From Callorhinchus milii (Eukaryota): a DNA stretch of 64,000 nucleotides. Position numbers and translations under genes: made by a program. Under the pieces are notes generated by a model. That model was not told where the DNA came from, ran no database searches, and worked only from the letters and a program-made list of their open reading frames with translations. The stretch covers positions 84,756,001 through 84,820,000 of the forward strand of contig NW_024704742.1 in assembly GCF_018977255.1 (NCBI RefSeq), read 5' to 3'. Of the stretch, positions 53,661 to 64,000 are shown piece by piece. The number at the start of each line of letters is the position of its first letter. Position 1 is the first letter of the stretch.

Positions 53661-55499
53661 ATTACATATGAACTGTCCCAATCCTCTCCCACTGCAACTT
53701 TGATGGTTCAATCTGGTTCAGTGGTGGCACTCTCAACTCTATCTTTGTATGTTCAAGCGTTTCTTTTAGTATCCTGGCCAATAATCCCCGAAATAAAAAT
53801 TGATCATTTGTTCCATGGCTGATTGTGGGACACCTCAGTGAGCAATTTGGCTGCCATTTTCACCTACAAATATACAGCCACTCCAATTCACAGTAAATCC
53901 TGTGAAGCGCTATGAAACGTCCTCATGACAGGCACGATACCAAATGTGAGAATTATTATTTTAACTTTGTAACTAGAAAGTGTCTGATGATTGCTACACT
54001 TTTTCTGCGGAGAAGCACAGGGCTTTTGCTCCTGTGTCCTTTAACTGTACAGCTGAAATGAGAAAAGGGTTTGTGAAAGGATTGCAGTGTGTTGGAATCA
54101 CACAAAGTTTACTCTGAAGTATCCATTTCTCATTTGCTAAGTGTGTAAGCATTGATCTCAATAACACTGAAAATAGTATTTCATCTTAAATATTATATGG
54201 AACAAAATAGTTGACAGTGATTAAAAGGCAGCAAAACAATGTTGGAAGAAAGCTGATAAGAACTAAAGGCATGCAGTCAACATGAGTCTGATAAAATACT
54301 GAGATGCATTCATTTTGAGTGTATTGGATTATAAGTTGACACATCTTAATTTTACCTTGTTTCAAAACACAGCATCTCCATTAAATCAGCAATTCCTATT
54401 TCTGAACCTGAGTGACAGCCTAGACTATGAATTAGAGTGCCAACACAGAGCTTGAACCGGTCACATTCTGACCCAGATATGAGAACGCTACCAACTGAAA
54501 TGCAATATGACACCTTAAGACCAAATTCCTCAGAGAGTAAACAAAATCTTCCCGTAGTCTCAATTACAAAATCACATGAGCACCCAACCTTTCAAAAGTC
54601 CAGAAATGCAAATTTATTATCAGTAACTAAATTGTTTTAACCAATGAGGAGGCTACTTGAATAATGACTACTTCATACCTCAGTTATATAGGTCATAGAG
54701 TAGGAACATCTCTCATGAATGCTCCCACTGCTGCAAAGGATACACTTCGATCAAAACTCCCAAGATATGGTCATGGTCAATTTCATCTCTCTCAGAAAAA
54801 TGGTACAGACGACCATCATTCAGCGATTCTGAAACCTCACAGATGCCCACTGGTCTATATTTAAACAGATCAGTTGGAAACATTGAAGAGGTAGCTTCCA
54901 ACAACTATATGCATGAAGAAGTATATGTAAAGCTGGTTGGCATGAAGTCAGGCATAGAAGAGGGAAGATGAACAGAAAGTTATCCAATTAATTACTTTAT
55001 ATAAGAAGTGGTGAATATGTGGGTGTATCCATCTCCTGTTCAAGAAAGAGATGGAAGCAGATTGTGTCAGCAAATTCAAGAGGGAATTATCGAATGCAAG
55101 GGTTATCATTGTATATTATAGCTATTTAGTCAAGTAATTGATTGAGGGGTATGATTAATTAGCAGCGTAATATATTTATTTATTTTTACTTTGGAACCAG
55201 ACAGATGGCCCACTGTTTTTTTTGCTGCTGTATATTCCAATGTATCTGTGTTTCCATATTTGTGGCAGTTCTCTGCCATTGCATAAGTAACAGTAGGTAT
55301 CATTACAGTGATTAAAGCTCCAGAGACCAATAGTGCTGATCTGTCCAGTTAGTCTTTCTTACCACCTGCATACTCACAGTTGTCTACAAGGCCATCCATC
55401 AGTGCTACTTTATTAACTGGAGGATCACCTAGTTCGACACATACAAAAAGGATTAATGACATGCAATCTAGATGATTATTGACAAGGAAAACTTTTTTA

Positions 55500-55930
55500 C
55501 AAATACTGTCATGGAATCTTAAAAATCCACCAGAACAGGCAGACAGATTCCTGGTTTAATGCCCCATTTAAAGGATATCTCCAACAACAACAACAAGATT
55601 CCATTTATTGAGCGCCTTTCACGTCGAGAGGGGAGCTGAAGGCACGGTCAAAGAGAAAGGTCTTGAGACCGGCCTTGAAGGAGGAAAGGGAGGAGGCGGC
55701 GAAGGCACTGGGGGATAGAGTTCCAGAGCCTCGGGGCTGAGAGGCTGAAGGCCCGGCCACCGATAGTAGGGCGGTTGGGGCTGGGGATGTGGAGCAGACC
55801 GGAGCCAGAGGAACAATGCAGAACTCGCTCAGTACTTTATATACTTGAACTATGAGCTCAAACCTTGATGTAATTTGCCCTTTTTGGGGATTATAGAGGC
55901 ATGAATTCTACCATTGAGTAAAGTTAACAT
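55500..55930 (-). mobile_element. Deu-type SINE interrupted by a young L2 tail (55583-55812)
   Basis: Deu-like core on both sides; the L2 matches 40345-40700 with a ~105-bp internal deletion. Confidence 0.7.
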
Positions 55931-56057
55931 ATAATATGCAGCCCAAAGACACTTGAATATGTTAAGGAAAGTGTAAAAAGAATATCTGTAAATCCATGGG
56001 CCACCCTGGCATTATGGAATTTGGTGGAGGATACATTTTCCCACAGGAAAAATATGA

Positions 56058-56515
56058 TCAACAACAACAACTTGCCCCCTACCAACCTGCCCGCTCCTTC
56101 TGTTCAGCGGGCTCTGGTCTGCTCCATGTCTCCCGCCCGACCCTCCCTATCATCGGTGGCCGGGCTTTCAGCCTCTCTGCCCCCACACTTTGGAACTCCA
56201 TCCCATGGTCCCTTCGCCTCGCTGAGGTGACAAAGGCATGGACAAGCATTTGGCAGCTTTTGGGGCGAGGTATTGTCGGAGTCGGGCAATGTGGCTGAGG
56301 TGGAGGAAAGTGGTCTTGGCCAGGGATCGGATGTGGGGGAGGAAGGATAACTAGGGATCGAACCTGCACATGGGTTCAGAGAATTTTAAGGACAAATCGA
56401 GTAGGTTGAGGAGGTCTGAACCTCAGGACAGAAGTCTTCGATAGGAGCCAAAATGTACGGCTTCCATCTTGTTGATGTTTAACTGCAAGAAGTTTGCGCT
56501 CATCCAGGCCAATCA
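56058..56515. mobile_element. Rearranged L2 fragment with internal inversion
   Basis: Minus-strand tail, plus-strand segment 56075-56222, minus-strand segment 56225-56515. Confidence 0.75.
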
Positions 56516-57239
56516 GAATTGGTTGAATATAAAATATTTTATAGACATACTGAAATCCAGTTTGCATCCTAAAGCAGACCCAGGGAGCTCAGATGATTAC
56601 TTGATAGGGAACCTGATTCCATGTACTCTGCATTATCCAATCTAAGCATTAGGCCATTTTAGTGTGACTGCTTTTGTTAACTCATAGAAATAATAGACTT
56701 AGTGGTCCTTGTAGATCCAATACTAAATATTGTAGGATGCCACAGTAAAGAACTGTAAAGAACTTAGGCAAATAAACAAGAAACAAAGATAGTTGTTTTG
56801 ATGTTGATCAAATGAGATGTAGGAAGCAAGCTCCCATGTTTTAAAGAAAGGTCTAACTTAAATACAAAGGTAGCAGAATATTACTGAATGTATTCTTTGC
56901 AATATGGAGAGGGCAGGCACATTTCTGGGAACTGATGGAAAGAAATCTAAAAAGACAACCACGTTCTCCTGATGTGTAAGCACCATACAAATGTAATTTG
57001 TTGTCATTTTCCTTTAAATTTCTTCCAGTATAGCTGTACTAAAATTGAAATAAATCACACAATTACGAGCACTATTCTATGGTCTGTAATAAATAAGTAC
57101 ACCTATTTCTGATGAACGAATAAAATTCTAACTCAAAACCTAGCCTTCATTCTCAATGAATCTTCCTCTGTAGATTTCTAGTACCTTTTTTTTAATGATT
57201 GTGTGGTCTCTATCCTATACATATCTTCTTCATATTTGT

Positions 57240-57570
57240 GGAGTCCGGTAGCATATTGGATAAAGCATTCGTCTCGCAAGCGAGAGGACCTGGGTTTGAT
57301 TCCTGGGCAAGCGAGATCTTAGGCAAGTTTCCTTACTCCACACGCCTCTGTTTACCTAGCAGTTATTAGCAGTAGTTAATCGAATGGCAGATCATTTTCC
57401 TGGGATAATAATCCCTTAAAATAATAATTTGGTCACTCAATCCACAACTGTTTGTTGGACACTGCTGTGCGCAATTGGCTGCTGTGTTTTGCCAGTGAAT
57501 CACTATGAGACACGTCAACAATGTGATAAGGTGCTATATCAATTGCAAGGATTATTATTCTTATTATTAT
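57240..57570 (+). mobile_element. tRNA-derived SINE, long form
   Basis: Same family. Confidence 0.8.
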
Positions 57571-59199
57571 TAGAAACAAAACACTACTTGAAAATGTAAT
57601 CATATATGTTGCTGAAAAGACAAACCCTACCAAACTATGGTATCTTCTTGAAATCTATCTGAATGCGAAGAACTTGATTTGGAACAAAATGTTGAATCGT
57701 GTCAGAACTTACCTTTACTTGCAAATGAAAATTTGGCATGAATGTGTTACCGTTGGATCATGTACAAACCTTCAACACAACGTTTCAGCATTTCACAAAT
57801 AGTTGATGACTCACTAGATGTCTCTTGGTGGAACATTTAACAGTGTGCTTTTTTTAAAATTGTACCTAACCTTTTACCTTGCCTCCCCCCACAAATGTTG
57901 CTTTTCCGGGGGTAATAATTTCTTCACAAAACTATTAATGATAAATTGTTCACTCAATCCATGACTGTTTGTGGGACACTCCTGTGTGCAATTGGATGCC
58001 ACAAAATATACAGTCAATTCACTTTACAGTATATTCTGTGATGTGCTTTGAAATGTCTCAGACATGATAAGGCTCTGTATCAAATACAAGGATTATTGTT
58101 ATTAAATGTACTTCTCCAGTCCACTCTGCAGTTCTGACTGAGTGTCACATTCCAAAATGTTAACCTGTCTTTCAGATACTAAATTATGCCTTTTTTTCCA
58201 GCCTTTCTGTTCTGATTTCAGATGACTTATGGCGTGTGCTTTCACATGTTTCATTGCCAAACACATACCTCCACGCCATCATTATTGCCCAATCAAATTA
58301 TGTCATAATGCTGGTATTGTAGTACAAATGAGTCAGTATAAGGTTTCCATTTCTGTTCACAGATATGGTGTTTCTCCCCTTCTCTCCTGCGCGAATAACG
58401 TGGGAAGCAATTTGAATGATATTGCTGATGAGTGGATATTTTTGCTTGCCAGGAGATGTGTTTTCTCAGGGTCTGATCCCCTCGCTGCTCGCCTGGGAAG
58501 CTCATTAAATGTACTTACAGCAGTGCCCTGAAGCCCAGTGAACTGCTGATGCAGAAAACCAGATGACCTTTGCTGTGCTGCTGGCTTGGCTGGAAGTTTG
58601 TTTGATCAGAAGCTGATCACTTTGCTGATCCCGTTTGACTCGACTGACTGCTTTGCTAAATTCGGAGCAGGTGCACACAACACGTTTCCTCTCCCTGCGA
58701 AGTCAGTCCATTGATACTTCTTTTTTTGCTGCTGCTGCTGCTGCTGCAGAGACTGCTCGATTCCCCTTAAATGTGCATCGTCACCGATGAGCAAAAGAGA
58801 GAGAGAGAAAGAGAGAGAAAAAAAAACCTGATGGCCGGGGATCCGGGAAGAAACCGATCGCATCCTCTCCCTTGAGAGGTCGATTCGTTTGTTATTCGCA
58901 GCGAAAAGCACCCAATTGCTGCTGAACTCCCCGTTTCCTGATCTGCCGAGAGAGCCCCTCATGAGTGAGTGAACGGGCGGAGTCAGCAACAGCCCCACAG
59001 GAGCCGCAGCTGCGTTTGGACACTCAGTAGTAACCAGGGAGTGCACAGGGGGGTACGAGGCTGCACCGAGGAGAGCGTCCGAGACACCATAACAGATACA
59101 GTGTGAGACACAGCGAGTGACCAGAGAGAGAGAGAGAGACAATATCCAGAGAGTCATTCAGACAAACTATTGGAAAATAGGCGCACAGGGAAATGAACT

Positions 59200-59880
59200 G
59201 GTCACATGCAACGAAATAGTCACTGATGGAGAGAGAGAGAGAGAGGCAACGAAATAGATAGTCACTGATAGAGAGGGAGAGAGAGATCAGCGAGAGAGAC
59301 ATACATAGATATACAGAGACAGGGATACACAGAGACATTATTATTATCCTTGTATTTGGTATACATAGAGACAGGGATACAGAGACAAACATAGACGGGT
59401 ATACAGAGAGACATTATTATTATTATTATCCTTGCATCTCATAGACATAGAGACGGGGATCCAGGAAGACAGGGATACAAAGAGATAGGGATACATAGGC
59501 AGGGATACAGAGAGACATAGAAAGAGATAGGGATACATACAGACAGGGACACAGAGAGACACACAGACAGGGATACACAGACAGGGATACATAGGGACAC
59601 ACAGACAGGGATACATAGGGACACTTACAGACAGGGACACACACAGACAGGGATACATAGGGACACACAGACAGGGATACACACAGACAGGGATACACAC
59701 AGACAGGGATACACACAGACAGGGATACATAGGGACACACAGACAGGGATACACAGACAGGGATACACAGACAGGGATACATAGGGACACACACAGACAG
59801 GGACACACAGACAGGGACACACAGACAGGGATACATAGAGAAACACATAGACATACAGCGACAGACAGACAGACAGACAT
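59200..59880. repeat. Minisatellite (acagacagggatac/acatagggac units)
   Basis: Visible tandem units of ~14-26 bp. Confidence 0.9.
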
Positions 59881-59919
59881 AATCCCGAGGGTGAGAGGCA
59901 CAGAGTGACACACACACAG

Positions 59920-60270
59920 ACAGAGCGGGGAGGCTCGGGCGGGGCAGGGCAGGGCCGGGGCTGCGGGGCTGCGGGGCTCGGGCTCGCGGTGCCGAGAGCT
60001 ACAGTTGGGTGCGGGGCCACAGGAGGAGGAGGAGGAGGAGCGGCGGCCGAGCGGAGAGGAAGGAGCCGCGGGATCCCGTGAGGGAGGGCGGGCGGGCGGG
60101 AGGGCGGGATGGCGCTGCTGGAGCTGGCTCTGCAGGGTCTCTCCATCCTCGGCCTCGTCCTCTTCACCATCCTCTGGCTCATGCACTTCACCTCCATCGT
60201 GTACGGGTAAGCAGCGCCCGGCCCTGCCCGGCCCTGCCCGGCCCGGCCTCCCGCAGGCCCCGCGCCGCCA
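59920..60270 (+). promoter_or_regulatory. UGCG CpG island / promoter and 5' UTR
   Basis: Very GC/CpG-rich with multiple GGGCGG boxes directly around the UGCG ATG. Confidence 0.8.
60109..60206 (+). CDS. UGCG: UGCG (ceramide glucosyltransferase) first coding exon, N-terminal transmembrane anchor
   Basis: [32 protein letters not shown] resembles human [32 protein letters not shown]; 98 coding nt then GG|GTAAGC; GC-rich leader; exon 2 not found in the window. Confidence 0.95.
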
Positions 60271-60480
60271 TTAACATTGATTGATCAGTTAATGTTTTGT
60301 GTTGATTGACTGATTGATTAACCATTGGTTGTTGTGGGTGTTGTTGCTGTGTGAGGTGCTGTGGGGGGGTGTCGGGGTGTGGGGTGTCGGGGTGTGGGGG
60401 GGTTCAGCTGCTGAGGGTTTCTGTGGTGGGTTTGTGTTGGTTGTTTGTGTTTATTTGGTGACTCGAGGCCTTGTGTATAT

Positions 60481-61488
60481 TCTCCTCTCTCCCTCCCACT
60501 CTCCCCCCACTCTCCTCTCTCCCTCCACTCTCTCCCCCCACTCTCCCCCCACTCTCCTCTCTCCCTCTTTCTCCGACCCCTCCTCTCTCCCTCTCTCCCC
60601 CCTCCTCCCCCCCCTCATTCCTCCTCTCTCCCCACTCTTCCCCGCCTCCCCTCCCCCCTCTCTCTCTCCCCCTCCCCTCCCCCCTCCCTCTCCCCCCTCT
60701 CCCTCTCCCCCCTCTCTCTCTCCCCCTCCCCTCTCCCCCCTCTCTCTCCCCCTCCCCTCCCCCTCTCCCTCTCCCCCCTCTCCCTCTCCCTCTCCCCCCT
60801 CTCTCTCTCCCCCTCCCTCTCCCCCCTCTCTCTCTCCCCCTCCCCTCCCCCTCTCCCTCTCTCTCCCCCCCTCCCCTCTCCCCCCTCTCTCTCTCCCCCT
60901 CCCCTCTCCCCCCTCTCTCTCTCCCCCTCCCCTCTCCCCCCTCTCTCTCTCCCCCTCCCCTCTCCCCTCTCTCTCTCTCCCCTCCCCCCCTCTCTCTCCC
61001 CCTCTCTCTCTCCCCCTCCCCTTTCCCCTCCCCCCTCTCTCTCTCGCCCTCCCCTCTCCCCTCCCCCTCTCTCTCTCTCTCGCCCTCCCCCCTCCCCTCT
61101 CCGCCCCTCTCTCTCCCCCTCCCCTCTCCCCTCCCCCCCTCTATCTCCCCCTCCCCTCTCCCCTCCCCCTCCCCCTCCCCCTCCCCCCTCCCCCCTCTCT
61201 CTCTCCCCCTCCCCTCTCCCCTCCCCTCTCCCCTCCCCCCTCTCTCTCTCCCCCTCCCCTCTCCCCTCCCCCCCTCTCTCCCCCTCCCCTCCCCTCTCTC
61301 TCTCCTCCCCCCTCTCTCTCCCCTCCCCCTCTCTCTCCCCTCCCCCCTCTCTCCCCCTCCCCCCTCCCCCCTCTCTCCCCCTCCCCTCTCCCCTCCTCTC
61401 TCTCTCTCCGACCCTCTCCCCCCTCCTCCCTCCTCTCCCCCCCTCTCTGTTCCCCCCTCCTCTCTCACCCCCTCCTCTCCCCTTCCCC
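60481..61488. repeat. ~1-kb polypyrimidine/polypurine low-complexity tract in UGCG intron 1
   Basis: Almost only C/T on the + strand. Confidence 0.95.
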
Positions 61489-62193
61489 AGGAACACAATA
61501 CCTAATCTGGGGACTGTCCCTGGAAATCGGGGTGTCTGGTCACTCCGGTATACAGCCCCACAACAGTACAGTGTTTGCAGTAGTTTGTAGCAGGCTTGTC
61601 TTTTTTAAGAAAAAAATCTAAATTTCCAATCTAACTTTTAGTTTCATTAAAGACGCACCAAGTTATGGGGGGAGGACAGGTCACCTTTTATTTTTGTACA
61701 GGCGTGCAGTTCAATGACTAAACTCCATTGAATCACTTTTTGCAACAGTGATGAGTGGTATATAATTACATAAATGTAAATTGTATGCATATGCATGTGG
61801 CATATTGAAATGTCCACAGTTCTCTCTCTCTCTCTACTCAAATGAACAAAAAAGGGTTTGCCAGTTTCTGCTTTTTTTAGGAAGGAAGCTTCAGAAAGCT
61901 TTGAAAAAACGGGAACAAATTATTTGCCCTTTTGATGTCAATAACGGGATCCGAAATTGATTGGGAAGGGCATGAATAAGGTTCAGTGTTACAATGATAT
62001 TGAAAGGTGGTCGTTCATCGATCTGAACAAATGTAATCACATAATCACAGTAATAATCACATAGGATTATTGCTTGTTCCCTATGTGGATTTGGGTATAA
62101 TGTTGCTGCTTTAGACAAATCTAGTTTTTTTTAACCCTGTACAGTTTTAGAATGAGAATATTACACTACTGTGTTCATGCACAATAACCTTGT

Positions 62194-62646
62194 AATAATA
62201 ATAATCCTTGCATTTGATATAGCGCTTTTCACATTGGGAGGACATCCCAAAGCGCTTCACAGAACACACTGTAAAGTGAATTCACTGTATATTTGTGGGC
62301 GAACGCGGCAGCCAATTGCGCACAACAATAATAATAATCCTTGCATTTGATATAGCGCTTTTCACATCGGGAGGACGTCCCAAAGCGCTTCACAGAACAC
62401 ACTGTAAAGTGAATTGACTGTATATTTGTGGGCGAACGCGGCAGCCAATTGCACACAGCAATGCCCCACAAACAGTCGTAGATTGAAAATGACCAATTTA
62501 TTATTGTTTTTTTTTGTTTTTTGGAGGGATTATTATTAGGCTCTGTGTGGAGTAAGGAAACTTGCCCAAGGTTTCGCCCTCTGCCTGGAATTGAACTCAG
62601 GTCTCTCGCTTGCAAAGCGAGTGCTCTAACCACTGAGCTAAGGACT
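62194..62646 (-). mobile_element. tRNA-derived SINE with tandemly repeated 3' portion
   Basis: Two near-identical tails at ~62194 and ~62328. Confidence 0.9.
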
Positions 62647-64000
62647 TGTATCTGGAAATGGTTTAAATGTTAAGTTTGAAAGTAAGCTTTCAGTGTGTTT
62701 CAGTTTATTTCAACAGTGACTTCACTAACCATTTGTGGTTTTGCATAGCCATAGTTCAGTCATGTGAACACAGCTGACGCTTAATCATCCATTAGTCTAC
62801 TTAGCAAAGAGCTCAACTCCACAAAATAGCCAACTGAAAGCGAAAATGTGACAAGTAAAATAAAGCTTCTGAAATGAAATGCAAATACTGTAGTTTGTAT
62901 GAAACCTATCCGATATTTTACAAGCATGTTCAGAACATGAACTGGCAATATTTAACCAGGGATAGGAAACAGTAACAATGTTTATGCAATGTTCTCAAAC
63001 ACTGCACTTTTGTTGCTCTGTAAAATAATTGTATTTCAAAGGCCAGTTTTGAAACTAATCTTTTTTAAGCTATTTATCTTCCATTTACAACATGGTTATT
63101 TCAGCAATCCTTTGATCTGGTTGGCAGAGAAGTAAAATGCCCATTACACAAGCAGCAGTCAAAATAAGATGCAAACTATACGTTTACATTCTAAACCTTT
63201 CTCACAGCGTCTCATAAATAGCATCCATTATAAGGAGGATTGTAGTTTCAGCTAGCTACAGGAGAAACATTTGTACATGTCTTTCAATTTGAAATTATAA
63301 AAGAGAATCTGTTAAGGGTCTGCATCGGGTGTTGCAAAGTAATTATGAAATTAGTATTAATTAGTATACAAACAGTTTTCAGATCCTGCAACAAAGTAAC
63401 AAAATACCCATTATAAGCATTGCTTCCCTGTTTGGTTGGCATCATCTGGGCTGTGCACCTTTCCAGACAGTTGGTGCTGTTGTTTGATTGCTCTACAGGG
63501 AGTCTATTTCCTCTCCCTGAGATCCACTCTTCATCTCCCTACAGATGCATGATAAACAAGCCAATGGTAAATTCAGTTACCTCCACGACTGAGTTGCAGC
63601 GACTTTTTGTGTGCAAGGTGATAAAGTGAACTCAGACTAAAACATCATGCAAATATTGCAACAGACGTGTGTCTTGAACCTCAGAAGAGCAAATTGTACC
63701 CTGCTAGTGGTTTCCACAAATCAGTGAGGATTTATAGAATCCATTTAGGTTGCCCCATTTAAGTGAATCAAGCTGGGTTTCTATTTGCTGTCTATTGAAC
63801 AGTGCATTTTAATTGGGTGGGGTTTCACTCAATACATTTTCCTCTCTGTTTTAGCTATTCTGATGATTGCACGTGGTTGTGCTCTGAGACACTCCTGTGT
63901 GAAGGATGCTATATACCTGCAAGTTATTGTGAAATTCCACCCTTTTCTATTCCAATGTATTACAACACGTTTCACATTGAAATAAAGAAATATTCTATTT

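Noticed and set aside
59344..60197. Cys/Val/Pro repeat ORFs and a superficially array-like repeat
   Set aside because: Minisatellite without unique spacers, in a vertebrate context; neither CRISPR nor a credible protein
60314..61621. Long Pro/Leu/Ser- and Gly/Glu/Arg-rich ORFs on both strands
   Set aside because: Artefacts of the stop-free C/T tract in UGCG intron 1

Overview
Vertebrate genomic DNA, most likely a cartilaginous fish (inferred from the repeat content: CR1 and L2 LINEs, Deu-domain SINEs and a tRNA-headed SINE with L2-type tails). The minus strand carries the 5' ~two thirds of SHOC1 (C9orf84/ZIP2H, meiotic crossover factor). I traced 20 GT-AG coding exons from the ATG at 40020 down to 2413; every splice phase is compatible (2807 nt = 935 codons + 2 nt), and the gene continues beyond the window's left edge. 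A CpG-island promoter lies at ~41.4-41.8 kb. On the plus strand, the first coding exon of UGCG (glucosylceramide synthase) is at 60109-60206, giving the divergent SHOC1/UGCG arrangement I recall from human 9q31. The rest is intron or intergenic DNA dense in retroelement fragments and simple repeats. I found no prokaryote-type system, CRISPR array or novel protein-coding cassette. The most unusual items are an unclassified ~570-bp element with ~50-bp terminal inverted repeats, a germline-type motif cluster in the SHOC1 promoter, and several small rearrangement scars. Protein identifications rest on my recollection of the human sequences, not on a database search; repeat boundaries are approximate.
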